Notes: a model not told the origin generated them from the sequence alone. Positions 53,278 to 61,942 are shown, counted from the stretch's first letter. The stretch: DNA of 64,000 nucleotides from Bacilli bacterium (GCA_017416535.1 JAFQCG010000005.1:141708-205707); one strand, 5' to 3'. Numbers and translations are program-made.

Positions 53278-54210
53278 TCATATTATAACAAATCTATTGT
53301 TTTTAGTCAATTTGTTAAGTCTTTTATTAGCTTTATTCCAAAGATATTCACTTATTATTGGTGGGAATTTTTCATAATCTTTATACATTATCCACTTATT
53401 TTTAGGAATCAACTTTACTTTTTTAGTCATATAGTCAATTACTTCACATTTTCCTCCAACATAATATCCTTTATATTTTGGATTTCTTATTAATCTTGAA
53501 AGTGCTGTTGCACTAAAGTGTTTATTATTAGTAGTTTTTATATTTTTGGATTTTAAAATCCTGGCTATTTCGTGAAGAGATTTATTTTTTGTTGCATATA
53601 ACTTATATATTTCATTTATTATATTTGCTTGTTGATTATTTATTATATACTTATCATTTATTTTTTTATAACCATATATTTTTTGATTTCCTAAGATAGT
53701 TCCTTTTTTTATTGATTCTTTCATTCCAAACTTTACTCGTTCTGATAGCTTTCTTATTTCATCTTGAGCAAGGGAAGACATTATTGTTAATCTTAATTCA
53801 CTATCAGGTAATATTGTATTTATATTATCATTTATAAATAATACTCCTACTCCATTTTTTAAAAGTTCTCTTGTGTATTTTATACTATCTAGTGTATTTC
53901 TTGAAAAACGGGATATTTCTTTAGTAATAATTAAATCAAATTTATTTTCTTTAGCATCATTAATCATTTTCATAAAACTTGTTCTTTTTATATCTGATGT
54001 TCCTGTTATACCATTATCTATATATCCTTTACTATAAATCCAATTTTTATTTTTATTAATTATTTCTTCAAAATAACTTTGTTGATTTTTAAGAGAAGTC
54101 TTTTGTTCTTCGCTTGTTGTTGAGACTCGTGAATAATATGTTACTCTTAGAGGTATATTTGTTAGGGGAATTCCTATACTTAGTTCTTGTCTAACTTTAT
54201 ATAAGTCCAT
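53278..54210 (-). CDS. serine recombinase (resolvase catalytic domain plus recombinase domain, lacks zinc-ribbon/coiled-coil)
   Basis: YYSRVSTTSEEQKTSLKNQ (catalytic Ser region), DLIITKEISRFSRN, C-terminal recombinase-domain-like YGYKK...IARILKSKNIKT...NPKYKGYYV; 310 aa. Confidence 0.8.
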   Translation of the reverse strand: MDLYKVRQELSIGIPLTNIPLRVTYYSRVSTTSEEQKTSLKNQQSYFEEIINKNKNWIYSKGYIDNGITGTSDIKRTSFMKMINDAKENKFDLIITKEISRFSRNTLDSIKYTRELLKNGVGVLFINDNINTILPDSELRLTIMSSLAQDEIRKLSERVKFGMKESIKKGTILGNQKIYGYKKINDKYIINNQQANIINEIYKLYATKNKSLHEIARILKSKNIKTTNNKHFSATALSRLIRNPKYKGYYVGGKCEVIDYMTKKVKLIPKNKWIMYKDYEKFPPIISEYLWNKANKRLNKLTKNNRFVII

Positions 54211-54280
54211 TTTATATACTCTTTCTATTCATAAAAAAATCACATCCTAATTTAGGATATGATTTATTTTGTTATTTATT

Positions 54281-55624
54281 CTAATCTTGTTTTTGTTCTA
54301 AATCTACTGACTTGATAGTTAATAAATATAAGTCATCATTATGTTTAATATAGAAACAGCATTTTGTATGTTTTGTTACTACATAGTACATAATTGGTAA
54401 TTTTAAATTATCTCTTACGTCTAGTAATTCTTCGAACTTTGATATTTTAATCACATTTGTATTACTTGTATCTGGACCTGTTCCATTTTCAACAATTAAT
54501 CTATCATATTCATTTAGAATTTTTTCTACGTATTTATCATAGATTGATTTTTTTCCTCTTAATAAGATTAGTAATCTTAAAGTTTTAATTCCAAATACTA
54601 ACATAGCAATTAGAGATATTATTGATAAAATGCCAAATATAATATTATCTGTTTTTGTATCGATGTTTTGAATTACATAATTAGAATTATTAATATCTTG
54701 ATAGTTTAATTCAATATTAATTGCCTTTTCAGATAATGGTATTTTAACAAACATAGTACTATTTTCAACTGCATTAGAGGCATTTTCAATATTAGTATTT
54801 TTATTTACTCTTAAATATACAGTTAAGTAACTTGTTGTATCTAATCCAAATTGTTGTTTAAAACTGTTAGCTAAATTATTATAGTATGCATAATCAATTT
54901 TAACTTTTTCATTTAAATTATAATTTGTACCAGATTTTATACTTTTTCTTTGATTATTTAATAAAACGTATTCTTTTTCAAAGTAATTATTTTTTGATGA
55001 GCCATCATCTATTGTTAGTTTAGCTACAATACTATAATTGAAATCTACATTTGAAGGTTTTTCAATATTATAATTATATCTAAAATTAATTTCTATATTA
55101 TCAATTAAGTTAGCTATGTATACTTTGTTTTTTCCTAAATAATCTGATTCATAGAAATTATTTTCTTTTAAGTATACTTTGTAGTCAAGATTACTCATTT
55201 CATTATAGTTAATCATTTGATTAGTTGTTTTACTAAAAGCTCCTTGAAGAAAGATGATTGTGATTATGAATAATGCTATGAAAGTTAGAGAGTTTGCTAA
55301 TAATCTTGTTTTATAATCTACGTAATGTTCACTTTTATTAGTTACATTATTTAAAAAACTTTTCTTTTCAGTTTTTTCTTCTATTGCTTCGCTTTCATCA
55401 TATACAAAAATATCATTTTCATATGTTTCTTCATATTGAGGTAACTCTTCATTTTCAGTTTTTATTACTCTTTCTTCATGAGTAATTTCTTCTACTTGTT
55501 CTTCTGTTTGTTCTTCATTATTTAATTCTTTGTTTTCATCAGCAATTTCTTCACCAATTATTTCTTCATCAAATAATTCTTCTATATTTTCACTCATAGT
55601 CAACCTCCTATTTTTACATTTCAT
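54281..55624 (-). CDS. two-TM membrane protein with acidic N-terminus and N/Y-rich extracytoplasmic domain; possibly a DUF5305-like SipW/TasA-operon partner
   Basis: 447 aa. Located immediately downstream of the sipW-like gene with an 11-nt overlap. Confidence 0.45.
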   Translation of the reverse strand: MKCKNRRLTMSENIEELFDEEIIGEEIADENKELNNEEQTEEQVEEITHEERVIKTENEELPQYEETYENDIFVYDESEAIEEKTEKKSFLNNVTNKSEHYVDYKTRLLANSLTFIALFIITIIFLQGAFSKTTNQMINYNEMSNLDYKVYLKENNFYESDYLGKNKVYIANLIDNIEINFRYNYNIEKPSNVDFNYSIVAKLTIDDGSSKNNYFEKEYVLLNNQRKSIKSGTNYNLNEKVKIDYAYYNNLANSFKQQFGLDTTSYLTVYLRVNKNTNIENASNAVENSTMFVKIPLSEKAINIELNYQDINNSNYVIQNIDTKTDNIIFGILSIISLIAMLVFGIKTLRLLILLRGKKSIYDKYVEKILNEYDRLIVENGTGPDTSNTNVIKISKFEELLDVRDNLKLPIMYYVVTKHTKCCFYIKHNDDLYLLTIKSVDLEQKQD

Positions 55625-56741
55625 TTAACCATACTGTAGGTAAACCAAGATATGGTATAACAAATTCTACTGTTCCAATAATTGTATCTTGTTCTACTAC
55701 GTAGTTATCTTCTTTTGCATTAGCATCTCCTTTTGTATATACATAATACTCACCTTTTTCTTCTATTATGTTTACAATTCTATGAACTACTAATACTCCA
55801 TGATATGTATAAGCAATTACTTGCCCTTTTTCTAATTTATCATATTGCTTATCTATTTTTTCAATTACTACTATATCACCTTTTGAAATTGCTTTTTCCA
55901 TACTACCACTTGCAATTGCGACTGCATAGTAATGGAAATATCCAGATGTAAAATATACTAATATTGTTACTAATACTGTAGGTATAATTAAAGACCAGGC
56001 AGATGTTTTATTATAATTTCTATCTACTTCTTGATCTGCTGTTAGATTGAAAAATCCACTTAATTTATATCCTAATAATATTGGTAATAAAAACCTTATA
56101 ATTGATGCAATATACTCATTTGGATTTGGTACTAAAGGTAATAAGTATTGATATAAATTCATTACTAGTAAATATAATATGTTTGGTTTATATCCAACTT
56201 TAAATGTTAAATATGAACATACTATATTTGTGCTAATTGCAGGTAATAATGTTAATGCAAAGAAAATAAATGTATCATACTTTGATGAAAACCCATTATA
56301 AAATATCGGATTTGTTACATCTAAAAAGATAAATAATATACATGATAATATCATTAGTATTTTATTACCTTCTGATTTCATAATAACTTGATATCTTAAA
56401 AATTCTTTTAATATTATTGTTATTATGATTGGTATTATAAATGTTTTTATACCATTTAAAGTATAGTAATTATCAGTTCTTGCAAAACCTATTATTAATC
56501 CTGATAAATAGTATATTAAGAAAAAGATTAACAGAAAAATTATTACATCAAATATAATATCTTTTGTAAAACGATGTCGATCTTTTTCAATTCCAAAAAA
56601 CAACTTAAATATAATTATTGTTAATATTAAAAATACTATTGTTGTGTAATTTCCTAATATGTTATGAATAAAACTATTTAGGATTAGTATGAAAAACATG
56701 ATAAGTTGAAATATTAATAATTTTTTGTACCCTCTTTTCAT
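55614..56741 (-). CDS. SipW-type (ER/archaeal-type, Ser/His) signal peptidase I fused to an N-terminal about 250-aa polytopic membrane domain
   Basis: C-terminal IASGSMEKAISKGDIVVIEK...VLVVHRIV...YTKGDANAKED matches the SipW SGSMEP / HRI / KGDAN motifs. Preceded by about 8 TM helices. Confidence 0.75.
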   Translation of the reverse strand: MKRGYKKLLIFQLIMFFILILNSFIHNILGNYTTIVFLILTIIIFKLFFGIEKDRHRFTKDIIFDVIIFLLIFFLIYYLSGLIIGFARTDNYYTLNGIKTFIIPIIITIILKEFLRYQVIMKSEGNKILMILSCILFIFLDVTNPIFYNGFSSKYDTFIFFALTLLPAISTNIVCSYLTFKVGYKPNILYLLVMNLYQYLLPLVPNPNEYIASIIRFLLPILLGYKLSGFFNLTADQEVDRNYNKTSAWSLIIPTVLVTILVYFTSGYFHYYAVAIASGSMEKAISKGDIVVIEKIDKQYDKLEKGQVIAYTYHGVLVVHRIVNIIEEKGEYYVYTKGDANAKEDNYVVEQDTIIGTVEFVIPYLGLPTVWLNEM

Positions 56742-56798
56742 CCTTTCCCTCCTATATTCTATATACTAGGAAAGACACAATTTTTTTGTGTCTACATT

Positions 56799-57455
56799 TT
56801 AATCTACTGTGTCGTATTTAAGTGTAATGTCACCAAATGAAACATTGAAGTTTCCGTCTGCTCTATTTCCACCAGCAGCATATGATATTTTAACTACAAC
56901 TTTTTCTTTTGTATTTTTTTCTAATTTATGATTGCTGATAGTTGCTTGCGATCCAGATACTGCTGCATCATCTCCAACCTTAACTGTTACTGATATTGAT
57001 TCACAAGCTGCACTAACTAATGAGGCAGTTGTTGTAGCAGGATTTGTTGCTGCACAATATCTAGGTGCTGATTGTCCCTCTACATTTGCAAAGACAATTG
57101 AATTTAAATATGCATCATATTCTCCTTCATTGTGTACATAGAAAGTATATGATACTTCTTGTCCTGGCTGTGTAACGTTTGCTTTTAAACCAGAGATTCT
57201 TGCTCCTGATACTGTTGCTTGAGATGCATAGTATCCTAAATTGTCAGATTGTGCAGGTGTTCCAACAACACTTGTTGTGATTCCTGATTCACTTCCTGAT
57301 AAGTTAATTTTGAAATTTTCACTACTTGGACTTACATATGCACTTGATGATATTGTTAAAGTGTTTGAGAAAGCTGCAAATCCTAAAGTTAAACCAAATA
57401 CAGCAACTACTAGTGCTACTACTGCAATAATTTTTGAACTTCTATTCTTTTCCAT
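56799..57455 (-). CDS. TasA/camelysin (peptidase M73) family secreted fibre protein with SipW-cognate-type signal peptide
   Basis: Signal VVALVVAVFGLTLGFAAFSN (compare TasA GGGTWAAFND). NVTQPGQEVSYTFYVHNEGEY resembles the TasA beta-sandwich core. Confidence 0.75.
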   Translation of the reverse strand: MEKNRSSKIIAVVALVVAVFGLTLGFAAFSNTLTISSSAYVSPSSENFKINLSGSESGITTSVVGTPAQSDNLGYYASQATVSGARISGLKANVTQPGQEVSYTFYVHNEGEYDAYLNSIVFANVEGQSAPRYCAATNPATTTASLVSAACESISVTVKVGDDAAVSGSQATISNHKLEKNTKEKVVVKISYAAGGNRADGNFNVSFGDITLKYDTVD

Positions 57456-57546
57456 ATTATTTTTTCCTTTCTCTATATGACTCCTATCATATTATATACA
57501 TTATAATTATAACAAAATAAATTGTTTATTAAAATACTAAATTTAA

Positions 57547-57563
57547 CTTTTTGTTACATTAAG
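57547..57563. repeat. right terminal inverted repeat of the element
   Basis: CTTTTTGTTACATTAAG; inverted copy of 51561-51577. Confidence 0.7.
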
Positions 57564-57564
57564 A

Positions 57565-57969
57565 GAACCTAATGCATTAGAAATTGAAAAAAATGGATAT
57601 GGCTATGTTGTTGCAAGTGTTGGCGAAATTGGAGGGATTGTTCCTTATACCTCTTATTCAGCAAGAAAAAGTTATATAGAAAATAATAATGATGAAATAA
57701 ATAAGTTTACTAGAGCAATCCAAAAAGGTTTGGATTATGTTCATAATCATAGTGATAAGGAAGTTGCAGAGGCAATACTTGATCAATTTCCAGATACATC
57801 TTTAAATGATTTAGAAAAAGTAGTAAAAAGATATCGAGAAATAGATGCTTGGCCTAAAACAACTAGTTTTAGTAAAAAATCCTTTGACCATTTACAAGAT
57901 ATAATGGTTGACTATGGAGCAATTAATGAAAAAGTTAATTATGATAAGTTGATTTACAATGAAAAATAA
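57565..57969 (+). pseudogene. 3' part of the interrupted NMT1-type ABC substrate-binding protein gene
   Basis: In-frame continuation (E)PNALEIEKNGYGYVVASVGEIGG...KLIYNEK*; overlaps the downstream ABC ATPase start by 11 nt. Confidence 0.7.
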
Positions 57970-58708
57970 ATTATTAAGTATAGTAAATTTAAAAAAAATA
58001 TATCACACAAAAAATGATGATGTATTGGCACTAGAGGATATAAGTTTTGATGTCTACGAAAACGAGTTTATTTCTATAGTTGGACCAAGTGGCTGTGGTA
58101 AATCCACAATTCTCTCAATACTTGCTAGATTAGAAGATAAAACTAGCGGAATTATTAGTTTTAAAGATAATTTAAGTGTTGGCTATATGTTACAAGATGA
58201 TTGTTTATTTGAATGGAAAAGTATTTTAGATAATTGTTTAGTTGGACTTGAAATTTCTAAAAAGAAAACCGATGAAGGTATTGAATATGTTCTGAATCTT
58301 TTAAGGACTTATGGGTTATATGAGTTTAAAGATATGTACCCTTCTAGTTTGTCAGGTGGAATGAGACAAAGAGTTGCATTAATTAGAACCCTTGCACTAA
58401 ATCCAGATGTTTTACTTTTAGATGAACCTATGTCAGCGCTTGATTCTCAATCGAGAATGGCTATTGGAGAAGACATTTATAATATAATTAAAAATGAAGG
58501 TAAAACAGCTATTATGGTAACTCATGATCTTAATGAGGCCATTAGTATGTCAGATAAAGTCATTGTTTTATCAAAAAGACCTGCTACTATAAAAAATATT
58601 TATGAAATAAATTTAGATAGTAAAACAACTCCTATAAAAAATCGTAGTGATGATAAATTTTCTTTTTACTATGATAATATTTGGAGGGATTTAGATGTTC
58701 ATATCTGA
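57959..58708 (+). CDS. ABC transporter ATP-binding protein (nitrate/sulfonate/bicarbonate, SsuB/TauB-like)
   Basis: GPSGCGKST, LSGGMRQRVALIRTL, LLLDEP. Confidence 0.85.
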   Translation: MKNKLLSIVNLKKIYHTKNDDVLALEDISFDVYENEFISIVGPSGCGKSTILSILARLEDKTSGIISFKDNLSVGYMLQDDCLFEWKSILDNCLVGLEISKKKTDEGIEYVLNLLRTYGLYEFKDMYPSSLSGGMRQRVALIRTLALNPDVLLLDEPMSALDSQSRMAIGEDIYNIIKNEGKTAIMVTHDLNEAISMSDKVIVLSKRPATIKNIYEINLDSKTTPIKNRSDDKFSFYYDNIWRDLDVHI

Positions 58709-59486
58709 AGAAAGAAAAAGATATTTATCTAAAATTAAAAGAGAAAAGCTCTTTGTAAGTTTTTTTAGATTTCTAATTATATTTATTTTTATAATTGGAT
58801 GGGAAGTTTTAGCAAGATTTGATATTATTAATACTTTTACATTTTCTTCTCCAAGTTTAATTATAAAAACATTTGCTGAGTTATTAAGAAATGGTTCTTT
58901 ATTTTCACATATTGGAATAACTTCATATGAAGTAATACTCTGCTTTCTTTTAGCAACTATTATAGGTTTATTATTTGCTGTTTTATTATGGTTTGTTCCA
59001 ATTTTTTCTAAAATTGTAGACCCCTATTTAACTGTATTAAACTCATTACCTAAGGTATCTCTAGGACCACTTATTATTATTTGGGTTGGAGCAAGTATTA
59101 ATTCTATAATACTTATGTCTCTTCTTATAAGTACATTTATTACAATAATTAATATTTATAATGGTTTTACTTCTACTAATAAAAACTATATTATTTTATT
59201 AAAAAGTTTTGGTGCGAATAAATGGCAAATATTTAAATATGTTGTCTTCCCAAGTAATATGCAGGTAATAATTAGTGCTTTAAAAATTAATGTTTCAATG
59301 AATTTAATTGGTGTTATTATGGGGGAATTATTGGTATCAAAAAAAGGTATTGGCTACTTAATCATGTATGGGTCACAAGTATTTAATATTAATTTGGTAA
59401 TTACTGGGGTTGTAATACTGGGAATAATTTCTTATTTAATGTATTTTATAATAGATACGTTTGAAAAGAACTTTAATAATAAATAA
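58695..59486 (+). CDS. ABC transporter permease (SsuC/TauC-like binding-protein-dependent inner-membrane component)
   Basis: 6-TM permease; overlaps the ATPase gene by 14 nt. Confidence 0.8.
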   Translation: MFISEERKRYLSKIKREKLFVSFFRFLIIFIFIIGWEVLARFDIINTFTFSSPSLIIKTFAELLRNGSLFSHIGITSYEVILCFLLATIIGLLFAVLLWFVPIFSKIVDPYLTVLNSLPKVSLGPLIIIWVGASINSIILMSLLISTFITIINIYNGFTSTNKNYIILLKSFGANKWQIFKYVVFPSNMQVIISALKINVSMNLIGVIMGELLVSKKGIGYLIMYGSQVFNINLVITGVVILGIISYLMYFIIDTFEKNFNNK

Positions 59487-59489
59487 AGA

Positions 59490-59516
59490 GACTTATTTGT
59501 ATAAGTCTCTTTTGTG
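59490..59516 (+). terminator. terminator (AGAGACTTAT..ATAAGTCTCT plus U-run) after the ABC operon
   Basis: 10-bp stem followed by TTTTGTGTG. Confidence 0.6.
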
Positions 59517-59537
59517 TGTGAGTTTTTAAATCTTATT

Positions 59538-60506
59538 TTATAATAATTTTAAATCTTTTAATTCTTCTAATGTTTTTTCTTCCCAACTAGAAGCTTGTAC
59601 TTCAGCAATATGAGATTTTTCAAGTAAAAGCATTAAGATTCTTGATTGTCCAATTCCTCCACCTATTGTGTATGGAAGATCTTTTTCTGCTATTTTTTTA
59701 TGATATGGTAATTCTAATCTATCTAAAGCATCGGCTTTCTTTAATTGTTCTAATAATGATTTTTCATCTACTCTAATTCCCATTGATGAAAGTTCAATTG
59801 CTTTATCAATGGTTTTATCATAAATAAGTAAATCTCCATCTAATGACCAATCGTCATAGTCTGGACTTCTTAAGTCATGCTCAATACCTGATTTTAATTT
59901 ATCACCAATACCAATAATAAATACTGCTTTCTTTTCTTTTGTAATTAAATCTTCTCTTTCTTTAGGTGTTTTATCTGGATACATATCTTCTAATTCTTGA
60001 GATGTAATAAAGAAGATTGATTTTGGTAAATCTAAAGTTAAGAATCTATATTTAGTTTTTAAATAAACTGATGTTTGTCTAATTGCTTTATATATTGACT
60101 TAACTGTTTCTTTTAAATAATCTATTGTTCTATCTTCTTTAGTAATTACTTTTTCCCAGTCCCATTGTTCTACATATAAAGAGTGAACTGCATCAACTTC
60201 CTCATGTTTTCTAATTGCTTTCATATCAGTATATAATCCTGTATGAACTGGGAAACCATATTTTCCTAATGCTTCTCTTTTCCATTTTGCTAAAGAGTGA
60301 ACAATTTCGAATCTTTCTTTTCCTTTTGTAAATCCTACTGCTTTTTCTACACCAGTTAATCCATCTTGTAATCCTGATGATGTTTTTACAAATAATGGAC
60401 TTGGTACTTTTGTTAAACTTAATCTTGTTTCTAATTGGCTTTCAAAATATTTTTTTGTTTCAGCGATCATTGTGATCGTTTCATAATACGTTAATTCTTT
60501 TTTCAT
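59538..60506 (-). CDS. asnA: aspartate--ammonia ligase (asparagine synthetase A)
   Basis: VHSLAKWKR, HSLYVEQWDWE, PDYDDWS, SSMGIRVD and TIGGGIGQSR align along the full length with E. coli AsnA. Confidence 0.85.
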   Translation of the reverse strand: MKKELTYYETITMIAETKKYFESQLETRLSLTKVPSPLFVKTSSGLQDGLTGVEKAVGFTKGKERFEIVHSLAKWKREALGKYGFPVHTGLYTDMKAIRKHEEVDAVHSLYVEQWDWEKVITKEDRTIDYLKETVKSIYKAIRQTSVYLKTKYRFLTLDLPKSIFFITSQELEDMYPDKTPKEREDLITKEKKAVFIIGIGDKLKSGIEHDLRSPDYDDWSLDGDLLIYDKTIDKAIELSSMGIRVDEKSLLEQLKKADALDRLELPYHKKIAEKDLPYTIGGGIGQSRILMLLLEKSHIAEVQASSWEEKTLEELKDLKLL

Positions 60507-60695
60507 TTTAATTTTCCTTCTTTCTTAATTTAATTTTTTGATTTTATTTTTTTATTTTGTTTTTTTAAATAAACTAAGATATTTGTAGGAATATCTATTT
60601 TATTTGTATTCATAAAATAGATTTAAAATGAAATTTAATATCTATTTTATGAAGCGTTGTTGTTATTATTGTCTTCTGACATAATCATCACTTCC

Positions 60696-61547
60696 TTATT
60701 TTTTTTGTTTTAGTTTTGGTGTATCTTTATCATCTAATCTTTTTTGAATACTACCTAAAAATTCTTGTTTAGTAAATGTTGTTTCAATTGTTCTTGTTCC
60801 ATTGATTAAGTATGCAGGTTGTTCTGGGTAACAATCTAATCCATCACCTACTGCTAAACTTTCAATCATTTGATAACTAATTGGATGACAGCATCCCATA
60901 AAAATTCTTGTTTGTGTAGAGATATCTATTAGTTGTTGTCTATCTTTTTCAATTAGTTCTTTACATGGTAGTGCTTTTTCAATTTCACTTGCAGAGATAT
61001 GCTGACTTTTTATAATGTATTGTAAATGTTTAATTAATTGTTCACCATACTCTCCTTTGTATTTATCTAAACTTTTTGCGTCTTCTTCAAATCTTACACC
61101 GTACTCATCAGCTTTTCTATCAACAAAATCTAGATAAGCTTTTAGTGCATCATCAGTTTGTCCGTGTAGTTCTAAATATTTTCCTAACATTTCGTCCAGA
61201 GCATATTCTTCAAATAAATCTTGAATGTATACGAACCATATTTCTTCTAATGCATCAGGTGCTAAAAATGGATATTTTTCTGAAATATCATATATTCCTT
61301 TAATAGTTTCTTTCTTAGTTCTTACATCGTATCTTCCACCGAAACTTTGAAATTGTCCAATGAATAGTTTATATTTTTCTACATCCATTTCTACATCTCC
61401 AAGAATTTCCATAATATATTTTGTTCTTGGAATTCTTCTACCAGTATCACATAACATATATTTGAAATCACTATCTTGATATTCCAAATATTCACTTAAT
61501 CGATGCTTTGGTAATTCTTCTTTTTTAAAATACTCTGTTTTTCGCAT
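60696..61547 (-). CDS. hypothetical protein (contains FMGCCHP motif) controlled by a T-box leader
   Basis: RBS AAGGAGGTGAAA 8 nt before ATG 61547 (MRKTEYF). The ORF-track GTG start at 61556 would overlap the RBS. Confidence 0.5.
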   Translation of the reverse strand: MRKTEYFKKEELPKHRLSEYLEYQDSDFKYMLCDTGRRIPRTKYIMEILGDVEMDVEKYKLFIGQFQSFGGRYDVRTKKETIKGIYDISEKYPFLAPDALEEIWFVYIQDLFEEYALDEMLGKYLELHGQTDDALKAYLDFVDRKADEYGVRFEEDAKSLDKYKGEYGEQLIKHLQYIIKSQHISASEIEKALPCKELIEKDRQQLIDISTQTRIFMGCCHPISYQMIESLAVGDGLDCYPEQPAYLINGTRTIETTFTKQEFLGSIQKRLDDKDTPKLKQKK

Positions 61548-61556
61548 TGGTTTCAC

Positions 61557-61860
61557 CTCCTTATTACTAAAATAAAAATACCCGTATCATCCTACAAATA
61601 AGGACGAATACGGGTATCCGCGGTGCCACCTTAATTTATTACTAAAAGTTATTTTAACTTTTTAAATCAGTAATCTCTTTTTCTGCTCTAACAAGCATAG
61701 CAATCTGATAACGGTTTGCTTTCCGAACTAGTCTACTAAGATTTCTCTTTTCGGTAGTTTGCTCCGAGGTGTTCTTTCTCAATAATCTTATAATCGGTTC
61801 ACACTATACCCGACTCACTGTTATAAGCATTAAAGGTACTTTTCCTCATCAATGCAAGCT
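61557..61860 (-). ncRNA. T-box riboswitch leader (probable Asn specifier AAC) with terminator/antiterminator
   Basis: T-box sequence AAGGTGGCACCGCGG (61618-61632 on minus). Terminator ATACCCGTAT..ATACGGGTAT plus U-run (61578-61616). Candidate specifier GAAAG-AAC-A (AAC is rc of 61771-61773). Confidence 0.7.
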
Positions 61861-61861
61861 A

Positions 61862-61890
61862 ATTATAGCATATTTGAGATAATTTGTCAA
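61862..61890 (-). promoter_or_regulatory. consensus sigma-A promoter TTGACA, 17 nt, TATAAT driving the T-box leader
   Basis: Minus-strand reading TTGACAaattatctcaaatatgcTATAAT. Confidence 0.65.
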
Positions 61891-61942
61891 ATATTTGTTT
61901 GACTATTACTTTATAACATAGAAAAAAGATGTATAAAACATC

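Larger units (their letters stand above)
51560..57564. mobile_element. about 6.0-kb integrated element with imperfect 17-bp terminal inverted repeats, GA(A) flanking repeat and a serine recombinase
   Basis: Left end CATAATGTAACAAAAAG (51561-51577). Right end CTTTTTGTTACATTAAG (57547-57563), which is 14/14 plus 2/3 inverted. TTTGAA|...|AGAGAACCT junctions. Removing the element joins ...SLFE to PNALEIEK..., restoring the substrate-binding protein (SBP) gene. Confidence 0.75.

Noticed and set aside
57456-57546. AT-rich segment between the TasA-like start and the right TIR, considered as a possible att site or small RNA
   Set aside because: It contains only promoter-like -10/-35 elements and the RBS for the TasA-like gene. 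No conserved structure or repeat beyond the TIR was seen.
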